From Fidelibacterota bacterium (GTDB lineage: Bacteria > Fidelibacterota > UBA2242): a stretch of DNA of 33,487 nucleotides. The translations under genes were made by a program, and so were the position numbers. Under the pieces are notes generated by a model that saw only the letters and a list, made by a program, of their open reading frames with translations, made no database searches and was not told where the DNA came from. The DNA is taken from NCBI GenBank assembly GCA_049975265.1, contig JBNGDF010000005.1, forward strand, positions 129,640-163,126, in the 5' to 3' direction. Positions within the stretch are counted from its first letter, which is position 1; every line of letters starts with the position of its first letter. Below, piece by piece: positions 1-9,090 of this stretch.

Positions 1-621
1 CGCCGCCTGCTCCAGCTTCTGCAGCACGAAGGCAATCTCGGCGGCTTTTTCCAGCGCTTTAACCTGCGATTTATCACGATTAAAGATATGGTCATAAACC
101 TCCATTGCCTTTTCCGGCTTTTTGTTTCTCAAATAGATTGCCGCCAGCTGGTAATGCAGTTCGAGATCGCCCTGACTGGCGGCGATCAGCTTTTCATATT
201 CCTTTTCCGCGGCTTTGTTATTGCCGGAGAGATAGTAGACCTGAGCCAGGATTTCGCGCAATTCATAATCTTCGGGAGCGAGCCGGAGTGCTCTCTGCAG
301 TGCTTCGATGCCCCGTTCCAGTTTACCGAGATTGATATAGGCTTTCGCCATGGCACCGTAAATGGTTGCCGAGCTGCTGTCGTAACGGAGAGCATCCTGA
401 TATTCCAGAATAGCCATCGCGTAGTCGCCCTGCATGCTGTACTGTTCGCCCGCCATGAAGTGTTCGATTGCCTGTGAATTGTAGGTTTTTTGGGTGGAAT
501 CCGGAAGGGCGGGTTCAGGAGGAGCCTGGGGATGAATGGCGCAGGCGCAGAAAAGTCCTGCTCCCGCGATCATAATGGATATAATCACCGAGTTTCGGAT
601 TTTGTTGTGCAATGGATTCAA
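1..621 (-). CDS. TPR-repeat protein, probable lipoprotein (3' end runs off the window; absent from the ORF track)
   Basis: Manual translation from TTG at 621 (GGGGA just upstream) is open to base 1: MNPLHNKIRNSVIISIMIAGAGLFCAC... It has a hydrophobic signal ending in a lipobox-like Cys, a Pro-rich linker, then TPR-like helices (GDYAMAILEYQDALRYD, LGKLERGIEALQRALRLAP). Confidence 0.8.
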   Translation of the reverse strand, partial: MNPLHNKIRNSVIISIMIAGAGLFCACAIHPQAPPEPALPDSTQKTYNSQAIEHFMAGEQYSMQGDYAMAILEYQDALRYDSSSATIYGAMAKAYINLGKLERGIEALQRALRLAPEDYELREILAQVYYLSGNNKAAEKEYEKLIAASQGDLELHYQLAAIYLRNKKPEKAMEVYDHIFNRDKSQVKALEKAAEIAFVLQKLEQAA

Positions 622-636
622 CGGTCCCCGCTTCTG

Positions 637-682
637 AAATAAAATAAATGTGCCGGTGTTTCCCGGAGGGAGAGACGCCGGT
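637..682 (-). terminator. Possible weak intrinsic terminator after the 66-aa gene
   Basis: Imperfect GC-rich inverted repeat at 652-682 (CCGG...CCGG) followed on the minus strand by ATTTATTTTATTT. The stem has A-C mismatches on this strand. Confidence 0.3.
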
Positions 683-688
683 TGCGAT

Positions 689-889
689 TTATTTATAAAT
701 TTCGCTGCGGTTGCAGTTGCACACGGCGACCATTTTTTCCTTGAAGCGGATCGAGCCGCCACCGGCTTGCTGGGTCACGATATGTTTGATCATTTCAATT
801 GGTTCGCCGCAGACGGCGCAGTGTTTTTTGGTATCCCGCAATGCTTTGGCGGTTTTGTCCGCGAAGCCTTTGGTTACTCGTTTTGCCAT
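689..889 (-). CDS. Small basic Cys4 (CxxC...CxC) protein, DUF4295/bL38-like
   Basis: 66 aa and Lys-rich. Strong SD AAGGAG lies 7 nt before the ATG and overlaps the upstream stop. Contains CAVC and CNC motifs. The MAK start and MIKHIVTQQAGGGSIRFKEKMV segment resemble DUF4295 as recalled. Confidence 0.7.
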   Translation of the reverse strand: MAKRVTKGFADKTAKALRDTKKHCAVCGEPIEMIKHIVTQQAGGGSIRFKEKMVAVCNCNRSEIYK

Positions 890-901
890 TTTCAGACTCC
901 T

Positions 902-2656
902 TTAGGATTGATTGTGTTCATATAACGCTACCCGGTTCCCGCCGGCTCGTTTGGCGCTGTACATAGCCGTATCGGCACAAGAGATCAGCGATTGCCGATC
1001 GTCACCATCGCCGGGAAATTCGGACATGCCGATGCTAATGGACATGCGCTCGTTCATCCCGTCTTTTTCAAAGCGGAAGCTGTTGATATTTTTGCAGATA
1101 CGTTCGGCAGTGTTGAGACAGCTCTTTTTATCGGTATTAATTAAAATGACAGCGAATTCTTCGCCACCGTAACGGGCGACAGTATCAACGGTACGGACGC
1201 TGCTGCGGATGATATTGGCGGATTTCCTGAGAACGTAATCGCCGTGCAGGTGACCATAGGTATCGTTGATGCGTTTGAATTTATCCAGGTCGAGGATCAG
1301 CAGGGTCAGGGCGGTGTTATAACGACGACTCCGTTCGATTTCGATCTGCAGCCGTTCTTTAAAAGCCCGGTGGTTGTAGATATTTGTCAAGCCGTCGACC
1401 ATTGCCAGCTCTTTCATGGACTGGTAAACGGTCAGACGGTTGAGAATTTCAGAGAAATTGCGGCTGAAAATGGTCAGTGTATCTACGTCTTCGCTGGTGT
1501 AATGATCGATTTTAAAGCTTTCCAGCAGGATTCCACCGGCTTCTTTGGAAGCGGGCAGTACCGGAATCCCTACCGCCGAGCGAAAGGGAATGATTTTCAG
1601 ATCATCGGGTTGAAAGCGGAATTCGACCTCGCTTTTATCGTAATCCCGGATGAGAACCGGTTTTTTGTGCCGGATGAGCGGCTCCCAGACGCTCCGTTTC
1701 AGGCGGATCTCGTGACCGATCGTGTAATCTGCTTCGGAGCCTTCCACATATTCTATGGTCAGGTCTGACGGTTGTTCTTTATTGATAAAGGCAAAGGTCA
1801 GTTTATCGAAACGGAAATACTTTTTCAGAACAGCGGCCGCCTGCTTGTACAGTTCGTGGGGCTCGATACCAAAGGTGATTTCCGTATTTAGGCGAAACAG
1901 GTCGCGGAAGAAGCTGATGTAGACCTCCTGGCGGTCCACCACGTCAATCTGCAGGACGGCATTGCGAAATAGATTGGCAAAGCCGATTAGGAGATCGAGG
2001 TCCTCTTTACCCCAGCTCTCCTTATCGATGCTGTCGGTACCGATAAAGCCGACAAAGACGTCGTTAATGGTGACAGGTGCCAGCATCAGGGTTCCGATTT
2101 TCGGCGGAACCGGATAATATTTCAGAAAATCCGGCGCAATTTGTTCTGAATGATAAAGCTCCGGTTGCGGATTCAGGTGCAATTTGCCGAACAGATCGCC
2201 TTCGCAGGCGAAGCTCTCCAGAGGACGGGTTTTATGCGAACAGGAGCATTCCTGCAGGACATAGCTGTTCTCTCTGTTGTTGTAAAGATAAATGAAGACT
2301 GCTTGTGCCATCAGCGAGGCGTGGATAATTTCGGTCAGATGATGAATCAGCTGACGGTAGTTTTCGCTGGTATCGATTTTATAATGCAGTCCGATGGCAT
2401 TGACGGAGCTGCCCTTTTCACCCGATGGCGCCGCGTGACTTTGTGACAGCAGTTGACAGCGTTTGTACCAATTGTTCATTTCGGTCAGAAGAAAGATCAT
2501 CAGCGAGACGATTGCCACGAAGAGCAGAATCCGAAAGACATTCTGGAAAGGTGCCGGTACGTTTTTAAAAGCTTCTGTCGAGGGGTAGACGGTAAACAGA
2601 AACAGGATAACGATTAAGAGGATACTGATGATCCAGGTACTTTTTAAACTATTCAT
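902..2656 (-). CDS. Membrane-anchored diguanylate cyclase (2 TM - GAF - GAF - GGDEF)
   Basis: DGLT, DLDKFKRINDTYGHLHGD, RYGGEEF active site, RxxD I-site (RTVD), and ADTAMYSAKRAGGN. Two GAF-like segments and two N-terminal hydrophobic helices. Confidence 0.93.
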   Translation of the reverse strand: MNSLKSTWIISILLIVILFLFTVYPSTEAFKNVPAPFQNVFRILLFVAIVSLMIFLLTEMNNWYKRCQLLSQSHAAPSGEKGSSVNAIGLHYKIDTSENYRQLIHHLTEIIHASLMAQAVFIYLYNNRENSYVLQECSCSHKTRPLESFACEGDLFGKLHLNPQPELYHSEQIAPDFLKYYPVPPKIGTLMLAPVTINDVFVGFIGTDSIDKESWGKEDLDLLIGFANLFRNAVLQIDVVDRQEVYISFFRDLFRLNTEITFGIEPHELYKQAAAVLKKYFRFDKLTFAFINKEQPSDLTIEYVEGSEADYTIGHEIRLKRSVWEPLIRHKKPVLIRDYDKSEVEFRFQPDDLKIIPFRSAVGIPVLPASKEAGGILLESFKIDHYTSEDVDTLTIFSRNFSEILNRLTVYQSMKELAMVDGLTNIYNHRAFKERLQIEIERSRRYNTALTLLILDLDKFKRINDTYGHLHGDYVLRKSANIIRSSVRTVDTVARYGGEEFAVILINTDKKSCLNTAERICKNINSFRFEKDGMNERMSISIGMSEFPGDGDDRQSLISCADTAMYSAKRAGGNRVALYEHNQS

Positions 2657-2680
2657 AAGATTCCATCAATACAGCACGTA

Positions 2681-2709
2681 AAAATAACATGAACTGTATG
2701 TAAAATCAA
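2681..2709 (-). promoter_or_regulatory. Putative sigma70 promoter for the diguanylate cyclase gene
   Basis: Minus strand reads TTGATT-17 nt-TATTTT with an extended -10 TGn, in the AT-rich 83-bp intergenic gap. Confidence 0.5.
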
Positions 2710-2739
2710 TAATAATTAGCGTGCCACTGAAGGGTTGTC

Positions 2740-3306
2740 TTAATATTCTTTTTTGACGGTCTTGATATTGCCATCGAACGGCTGTGGCGTCCGGCTATCC
2801 TGCTGGACGGAAGAATCGGCGCTGTTTTCGGTATTGACGAGCTGACCGCGATTTGGCAGGACGGGCGGATCTTGGGGCTGCTTCGATGGCAGGGTACTTT
2901 TCTGCCGGATTTTTTCCTGGACGATCTGCGGAGGTGCCTGAGCCGGGAGCGAGCCGGGGTGAAACTCCATCAGATAAAAGCCGATTATCACAGCGATCAG
3001 CGCCATGGCGAAACCGTAGGCGAACGAAGGAATCCGGCGAAAAGCGGAACCCTTTTTCAGATTGTCTTCAATTTGCGCATTGCGAGTCGCCAGAATTCTG
3101 GCTTGCAGCCGATTTATGAAGTCATCGCTGACGCTCACTTCGGCAAATTGATTCATGCTGTTTTTTGTGTTTAAGACAGATTGATAAATGCGTTGGCAGC
3201 GGGGGCAGTTTTGGAGGTGCTCTTCAAAAGAGCGGCGCCCCTGGAGAGAAATGTCGCGGTCAATATATTGCGACAGGGTCGCTTTGAATTGGTGGCAATT
3301 GATCAT
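2740..3306 (-). CDS. Zinc-binding (ZAS/zf-HC2) transmembrane anti-sigma factor
   Basis: N-terminal Cys plus HxxxCxxC (HLQNCPRC), one TM helix (FAYGFAMALIAVIIGFYL), and position directly downstream of the ECF sigma. Confidence 0.88.
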   Translation of the reverse strand: MINCHQFKATLSQYIDRDISLQGRRSFEEHLQNCPRCQRIYQSVLNTKNSMNQFAEVSVSDDFINRLQARILATRNAQIEDNLKKGSAFRRIPSFAYGFAMALIAVIIGFYLMEFHPGSLPAQAPPQIVQEKIRQKSTLPSKQPQDPPVLPNRGQLVNTENSADSSVQQDSRTPQPFDGNIKTVKKEY

Positions 3307-3337
3307 AGAATCCTCACCTCAGGTATCAATTTTTTTC

Positions 3338-3916
3338 CTATTTACCTCGCATTTCTTCTAATTCTTCCTGCAATTTCAGGCGTGCCCGGTTGATTCGTGA
3401 TTTCACAGTTCCCAATGGAGCGTTGATAATATTACTGATTTCCTCATACGAAAGTTCCTGAATATCCCTTAAAATGATTGCTGTTCGAAAATGTTCCGGT
3501 AATTTTACAATGGCTTTCTGAATCGCCCGTTCATCGAATTTGCCTTCAATTTTCGATTGAGCGTCCCGTTCATGCGAGGGGAACTCCATATCTTTGTCTT
3601 CGGGACCCAGCCGGCTGAAGAAAAACAGCTTGCGGTTGCGCTGTTTGCGCAGGACGGTTTTTGCCAGATTGGCGGTGATGGTGTAGATCCAGGTGGAAAA
3701 TTTGGCGATCTCCTTATATGCGTAGCGGTTCTGATAGACTTTCAAAAAGGTATCCTGGATAATGTCCTCCGCCTCTTGCCGATCCAGAACAAAGCGATAG
3801 GCGAAATTCATCAGACGGTTTTTATAGCGGTGCACAATCTCTTCAAATGCCGACTCGTCGCCGGCTTGAAAACGGCGGATTAGCTCTTCATCGGTGACTT
3901 TAAAGCGGTCTTTCAT
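3338..3916 (-). CDS. ECF-family RNA polymerase sigma factor (RpoE/SigW-like)
   Basis: DEELI..GDESAF, AEDIIQDTF, KFSTWIYTI (region 2) and LSYEEI...PLGTVKSRINRAR (region 4). Confidence 0.95.
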   Translation of the reverse strand: MKDRFKVTDEELIRRFQAGDESAFEEIVHRYKNRLMNFAYRFVLDRQEAEDIIQDTFLKVYQNRYAYKEIAKFSTWIYTITANLAKTVLRKQRNRKLFFFSRLGPEDKDMEFPSHERDAQSKIEGKFDERAIQKAIVKLPEHFRTAIILRDIQELSYEEISNIINAPLGTVKSRINRARLKLQEELEEMRGK

Positions 3917-3925
3917 TATCCAAAT

Positions 3926-4909
3926 TTAGCATTTTAGGAGCTGATATATCAATGGAACCAGCAAATTTTCGGGTTTAATAGTGACCGACTTGGCTTGCAG
4001 GTCGGCAGCCTGAAGGTGTGCAAACAGAGCGCCAAAGTCGCAATCCCGGTAATTTTGATAGGCGTGTTCGTATTGCAAGCGCCTTTTTTGGGCGGGAAAA
4101 TAAGATGGGTGGGAATCACGGTGAATCTGCTGAAACGCCCAGACATTGACAAAAAAATTGTACAGAGTAAAGATGATATAGGTGGACTTAATGCCGGTTT
4201 CAATGAGTGCCAGACAGATGTGCAGGGCTTCGTAGAGATTCCGCTGTTCAATGGCGTTAAGGAAATCTTTGATCTGATAGTCCTTTGTTCCGCTGATCAC
4301 GGTGCAGACCGCATCGACGTCGATCTCCCGGTTTGGTTCGACGTAGATACAGATTTTCTCGATTTCGGCGAAAGCGTGGCTGAGGGAATCATCGGTTGCG
4401 AGTGCCAGAGCATCGAGTGCTTCGTTGGTGATGGTGAAGCCTCTGTTTTCCAGGGCGTGCTGGATTATCTCCGGATACTTATTGGTATCGGGCGACCAGG
4501 TGGAGAGTTGCTTGACAACCGGATGTTTTTTGACGCTGCTAAAAACAGGGGCGCTCTGCCCGCCACCGGCGGTCAGGATTAAGAGGGTGTCAGCCTGGGG
4601 ATGATCCAGATACTGCAGCAGCGGTTTGCGGTAGCCTTTTGTCAGTTTGGGCAGATCCTTGTAAATCACGATTTGCCGGACGCTGAACAGACCGATGTTG
4701 ATCAGGTTTTGCATAAAGGTATCGTCAAGGTTATCCGCCGCATAGTAGATTTTCTTTTCGGTGGGTCTGTTCTTCGCCAGCCTGGTAAAAGTGCGGGTCA
4801 GAGTATCAATGGCTTCCTCCTCCAGATAGAGGTCGTCGCCGTACAGCAGATAGGCTGGCGCCAGTTCACCTTTTTCGATCTTTTTCAGTTCATCCAGGAT
4901 AAAAGCCAT
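3926..4909 (-). CDS. holA: DNA polymerase III subunit delta
   Basis: PAYLLYGDD.YL N-terminus, GLFS..QIVI, IT.EAL, EIEKICIY motifs; 327 aa is the typical length. Confidence 0.88.
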   Translation of the reverse strand: MAFILDELKKIEKGELAPAYLLYGDDLYLEEEAIDTLTRTFTRLAKNRPTEKKIYYAADNLDDTFMQNLINIGLFSVRQIVIYKDLPKLTKGYRKPLLQYLDHPQADTLLILTAGGGQSAPVFSSVKKHPVVKQLSTWSPDTNKYPEIIQHALENRGFTITNEALDALALATDDSLSHAFAEIEKICIYVEPNREIDVDAVCTVISGTKDYQIKDFLNAIEQRNLYEALHICLALIETGIKSTYIIFTLYNFFVNVWAFQQIHRDSHPSYFPAQKRRLQYEHAYQNYRDCDFGALFAHLQAADLQAKSVTIKPENLLVPLIYQLLKC

Positions 4910-4934
4910 GTTTGGTCACTTTCGGACAATGTAA

Positions 4935-5747
4935 TCAGCGAATAAAAATTAATACAATCAGCCCGGCAATCAAACAGTAGGGAGCGAACCAGCCGAATTT
5001 TCCGCTTTTGATGACGGCGAGTAGAAATCGGATCGCGATATAGCCGATGATAAAGGCACTGGTCATGCCGATCAGCAGAATCGCCGGGCTGGTATTGGCC
5101 GGGATGCCGTTTTTGATGATGTCAATTGTGTGCAGCAGGGTAGCGCCGAAGATTGCCGGTACAGCCAGGAGAAAGGAAAAGCGAGCGGCGCTATCCCGGG
5201 AGACTCCGGAAAAGAGGGCACAGCTGATGGTGAATCCGGAGCGGGAGATGCCCGGTAAAATCGCGACGGATTGGGCGATCCCGATCAACAGCGCTCTGGA
5301 GGCGGTCAGAGAAGCCGCCTTTTTCCGGATAAAAATGGTCAATAGAATGACCGTACCGGTGACCATCAACGTAAAACCGACCAGCTGCAGATTATGGAAA
5401 ATCGATTCAAAAAAATCCGCCAGCAATAGTCCGGCGAGAACCGCCGGAAGAGTACCAATCAGCACAAAAATACTCAGCCGATAGTACTCGTCATTCCGAT
5501 AAGTCTGACGGAGATTACGGTGGGTGCTGCCGTAGATAAAATGTTTCAGCATTTGCCAGATGTCCCCGGCGTAAATAACCACTACACTCAGCAATGTGCC
5601 TAAGTGGACAAAGACCTCGAAAGCCATGTTTTCCATGGTGATTCCGAGAAGGCGTTCAAAAATGACCAGGTGTCCCGAACTGCTGATGGGCAGAAATTCG
5701 GTCAGCCCCTGAACGATTCCCAATATTATAGCATCTGTATATCCCAT
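4935..5747 (-). CDS. uppP: Undecaprenyl-diphosphate phosphatase (BacA)
   Basis: Signature motifs GIVQGLTEFLPISSSGH and PGISRSG, plus AARFSFLLA.P. Confidence 0.97.
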   Translation of the reverse strand: MGYTDAIILGIVQGLTEFLPISSSGHLVIFERLLGITMENMAFEVFVHLGTLLSVVVIYAGDIWQMLKHFIYGSTHRNLRQTYRNDEYYRLSIFVLIGTLPAVLAGLLLADFFESIFHNLQLVGFTLMVTGTVILLTIFIRKKAASLTASRALLIGIAQSVAILPGISRSGFTISCALFSGVSRDSAARFSFLLAVPAIFGATLLHTIDIIKNGIPANTSPAILLIGMTSAFIIGYIAIRFLLAVIKSGKFGWFAPYCLIAGLIVLIFIR

Positions 5748-5911
5748 ATTGATCCGACCAATTACCTGTTCAATTTAGAGTTTTCCAGAAAATTTTCTGA
5801 GGTTTATTTTTTGACGATCGGTAGCAATTCGACTGGCAAATATACCTAAAAAATCGGAAATGCGGAAATAAATATTGCCGGATGGCACAAAATTGTGATG
5901 CTGATCAAGGG

Positions 5912-6595
5912 CTAATTGATATGATTCATGGGGGTGATGTCGGCATCGATAAAGATTTCGACACGGCGGTTTTTGGAACGCCCTTCGGCGGTATCGTTGC
6001 TGGCGATCGGTCGGAACTCGCCGTATCCCAAAGCCGAAAACTTACCCTCATCGATACCCGAAACGGCGCTGAGATATCGGACCACTTCCAGCGCCCGCGC
6101 CGAACTGAGTTCCCAGTTGCTGGAGTAGCGTCCCCCACGGATCGGCCAGTTATCCGTATGACCCTCGACGCGGATTTCAATATTGAGCCGGTGATTGTTT
6201 TTACGCAGGGCGTCGTGGAAAGCACGCAGTTCGGGGTCTTCTACCTGTCCGAGCAGACGCGACTGCCGGACGGTGCTGCCGATGTGGTCGAGAAGTGGAC
6301 GGAGCTCCGGGGTAATTTCGGCGGAGTTGATATCGAAAAAATATTCCCCGCTGACCGTCAGCTGGACCCCCTTGGTGGTCCGTTGAATATCGATATTGCG
6401 ATTCAAAGCCTTTTCACTGATATAGGTATTCAGCTTCTGTTCCGTTTCGGAGAGCAGCAGGTCCAGCATACGATAAATATTGTTTTCAGCCTCGTTCAGG
6501 ATAACCGTCATGAGAATAAAGAAGGTCAGCAACAGCGTTACCATATCCCCATAGGTGACAATCCAGGCGGCTTTGGGCGAATTTGTTTCACTCAT
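5912..6595 (-). CDS. MotB-family protein (TM with conserved Asp plus OmpA-like peptidoglycan-binding domain)
   Basis: WIVTYGDMVTLLLTFF TM signature; VEGHTD, SNWELSSARA, GYGEFRP and NRRVEI motifs. No motA in the window. Confidence 0.9.
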   Translation of the reverse strand: MSETNSPKAAWIVTYGDMVTLLLTFFILMTVILNEAENNIYRMLDLLLSETEQKLNTYISEKALNRNIDIQRTTKGVQLTVSGEYFFDINSAEITPELRPLLDHIGSTVRQSRLLGQVEDPELRAFHDALRKNNHRLNIEIRVEGHTDNWPIRGGRYSSNWELSSARALEVVRYLSAVSGIDEGKFSALGYGEFRPIASNDTAEGRSKNRRVEIFIDADITPMNHIN

Positions 6596-6624
6596 AGTGT
6601 GATCACGTGCGACGGTTAAATCTA

Positions 6625-7254
6625 TTACATTCCGTAAAAAACATCAAGATAATCAAGAATCGCTACCAGTGTCTCTGCATAACTGGCGTATTGTTGGTCG
6701 GAGTAACACCAGCTGGCGGGATTATCCGGGGATACGGAAACCTCGGGATCGAGCAGGCGGATATACTGATAAGCGAGATCCAGATTGCCGATATGTAAAT
6801 AAGACATCGCCAGGATGAGATGCAGGTCCCGGTAATTAATGACCGGCTTGTATTCGAAATAGTAGTAGGAGTTCGCCGTCAGGACGAACTGGGCTTTGCT
6901 GATGGCGGCGGAGTAGCTTTGATCGGCATGATAGGCGAATGCCAGTCCGGCGACCGGGTCCAGACCCGAATTGCCATAGTAGATCGTGGAATTGAAATCG
7001 CTGACGGCTTCTTGGGGATCGCTTAGCAGCAATGCGGACCATGCCCGTCCGTGGTAGGCATCCATGTTTTTCGGGTCCACATCCAGGGCGGCGTCGAACT
7101 TGTTGTAAGCCGCCCGGTAGTTGCCCTTTTCGAAATAATCCCAGGCAATGGGCAAAAGACTTTCCGCACTGGTAACGGTCTCTTCATAAAATGAACAGCC
7201 CGCTAAAACGACAGTTGCCAGAACAAAAACGGCTAAATTTTTAATCAGATTCAT
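6625..7254 (-). CDS. TPR lipoprotein
   Basis: Lipobox LAGC after a hydrophobic signal; TPR helices (AWDYFEKGNYRAAYNKFDAALDVDP). The ATG overlaps the upstream stop (ATGA), suggesting translational coupling. Confidence 0.85.
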   Translation of the reverse strand: MNLIKNLAVFVLATVVLAGCSFYEETVTSAESLLPIAWDYFEKGNYRAAYNKFDAALDVDPKNMDAYHGRAWSALLLSDPQEAVSDFNSTIYYGNSGLDPVAGLAFAYHADQSYSAAISKAQFVLTANSYYYFEYKPVINYRDLHLILAMSYLHIGNLDLAYQYIRLLDPEVSVSPDNPASWCYSDQQYASYAETLVAILDYLDVFYGM

Positions 7255-8939
7255 TTTACTACCGTCATTTTCTTTTTTGCGGTATAGGGACCGTATTTCA
7301 GGATGTAAAAATAGCTCCCGCTGGGCAAATTGCCACTCCGCCAGGTCAGATGGTAATGACCCGGAGCGGCGGAGCGGTTCAGGATTGTAGCGACCTTTCG
7401 ACCGAGAACGTCGTACAGAATAAGGGTAGCCTCGCTGGTAGACCTGTCTCGAACTTTCGGCAGGTCAAAGGCGATGACCGTTGCTGAGTTAAATGGATTG
7501 GGATAGTTCTGCGCCAACTCGAATCGGGACGGGACCAGGACGCCGAGTTCCGGCGCCACCCTTTTGAGTACATAATTTCCCAATCTATCAATGTATGCCC
7601 AGTAATAGATGTTTGTCTCGTCGGAATAGGTTTGCAGATATTCCCAGCCGGATTCGTTCCAGCGGTAAATGCCCAGACGCTCGCTGCCGGACCAGTTTTT
7701 AAAAAGGATTTTACTGTTGCATGACAATTCCTGTCGGGGAGCAATGATGGAATATCCGCAGAAATCGCTACCATTCGGTTGCCCAGAAGCAAATTTGGGA
7801 TCAATTGGCAGGCACAGGACATATTCATCAGATTGAATGGACTCGCTGAAAAATGAGATTTGGACTGTGGAGTCACTGCTATATAAGATGCCCCCATTTC
7901 GCTTTGAAACAAAAGACGCACTAAAGTCGTACCGGGAGATTCCGATATTGTGACTTGTATCGCTGGCTGTGACAACGATCTGATAAGCGCCACTGCCGGA
8001 CATTTTATAATGGGAATGATAGGGCGGCGGATTAATATGAACCATTAAATCAGTTTGGATCGTGTCACCCCGAATCATTACGGAATGCAGAGAATCAATG
8101 GGTTCATCCGGAAAGAAATAGATGTCGAGATGTCGGGAGGCTACCGGATTCTGGAAAATGCCGAAAGTAAAACCGGGAGGAATCGCATCCCGGAAAAAGA
8201 TTCGAAACGTGTCCCGCGCAGCCAAACCGCCGGGATCGGAAACAGTCACATTGATCGTGTCCCATCCGATAAAACCGGCGGGCGGTATGCAGATCAGCGT
8301 GTCATTCGCGCCGGAGAAACTGACTTCGCAATAGAGGGCATTTGCCAGCCACTGCATTTCCGTGAAATCGTTGTCCACATCATCCCAGCAACCTGTCAGC
8401 GGCAGTTTAAAGATCGTATCCTGCTTGCTACAGGTATCGGAAAAGGCGGCAAGTAGCGGGGCATCGTTGACGGGAATAATATCAACGATAAAAGATTCGG
8501 TTAATGTGGATTCCAGCGGGTCCTGCACCCGGATGTGAAAATAGCCGCAGCTGTCAACATCCCTATTCGCCCAGAAAAGGTGCTGCTGACTCTCCTGATC
8601 AAAACGGTAAAAAACCAGACCGGAATCGGCACGGATCTGGATCGTCAGCAGCGAATCGTGGTGATCGGGGTCCTGAACAGCCTCCAGAATGAAGGCGTGC
8701 GGCAGCGCGAGCTGCGTATCTTCATAAAACGTTGTATCCAGCGGAAACAGCAGCAGCGGTGGTTCGTTGGAATTGGCAGCTGCACCGGAAAGCAGGTCTG
8801 TCCGGGATTCACTAAAGAGAGAGATAGTTAAGACAACTCCCGCCAGTAGCATTTTTCTGGCGAGTAATGGCAATTTTTTATTGTACGAGCGATTGAACAT
8901 TCCTGTGTGGCAAGTTACACTAAAAAACTGAAATTTCAT
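7251..8939 (-). CDS. Secreted protein: two cadherin-like repeats, Ig-like and ZU5-like region, T9SS type A-like CTD
   Basis: Signal-like segment (true start may be a downstream Met, 8900 or 8852). NEPP and PVNDAP repeat boundaries. C-terminus LAQNYPNPFN...LYDVLGRKV...LPSGSYFY...KKMTVVK. Co-linear with the C-terminal part of the 4110-aa protein. Confidence 0.85.
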   Translation of the reverse strand: MKFQFFSVTCHTGMFNRSYNKKLPLLARKMLLAGVVLTISLFSESRTDLLSGAAANSNEPPLLLFPLDTTFYEDTQLALPHAFILEAVQDPDHHDSLLTIQIRADSGLVFYRFDQESQQHLFWANRDVDSCGYFHIRVQDPLESTLTESFIVDIIPVNDAPLLAAFSDTCSKQDTIFKLPLTGCWDDVDNDFTEMQWLANALYCEVSFSGANDTLICIPPAGFIGWDTINVTVSDPGGLAARDTFRIFFRDAIPPGFTFGIFQNPVASRHLDIYFFPDEPIDSLHSVMIRGDTIQTDLMVHINPPPYHSHYKMSGSGAYQIVVTASDTSHNIGISRYDFSASFVSKRNGGILYSSDSTVQISFFSESIQSDEYVLCLPIDPKFASGQPNGSDFCGYSIIAPRQELSCNSKILFKNWSGSERLGIYRWNESGWEYLQTYSDETNIYYWAYIDRLGNYVLKRVAPELGVLVPSRFELAQNYPNPFNSATVIAFDLPKVRDRSTSEATLILYDVLGRKVATILNRSAAPGHYHLTWRSGNLPSGSYFYILKYGPYTAKKKMTVVK

Positions 8940-9090
8940 TTAAAAAATATCGCATATTTTAGTGTATATTTAATATAGAAAACGAAAGGCAAACGGTCTA
9001 TAGGAAAAAACGGTTTTTTATGCAAATCAGCGACACTTAATGTAATTTCTCAGGTCATTCCGGGTAACTAACCATTAAATAATGTTTTTC

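Noticed and set aside
88..477. Plus-strand 129-aa ORF and overlapping short ORFs
   Set aside because: They are antisense or alternate-frame shadows of the minus-strand TPR lipoprotein gene (1-621).
5837..5844. Bacteroidota-type -7 promoter element TATATTTG upstream of uppP
   Set aside because: It is a single match that also fits an ordinary -10 (TATATT). No convincing -33 or -35 partner was identified, and other promoters here look canonical sigma70.
5912..6595. Zorya ZorB or T6SS TssL defence/secretion component
   Set aside because: No ZorA/C/D/E or T6SS genes are nearby, and the TM motif is the classical MotB type.
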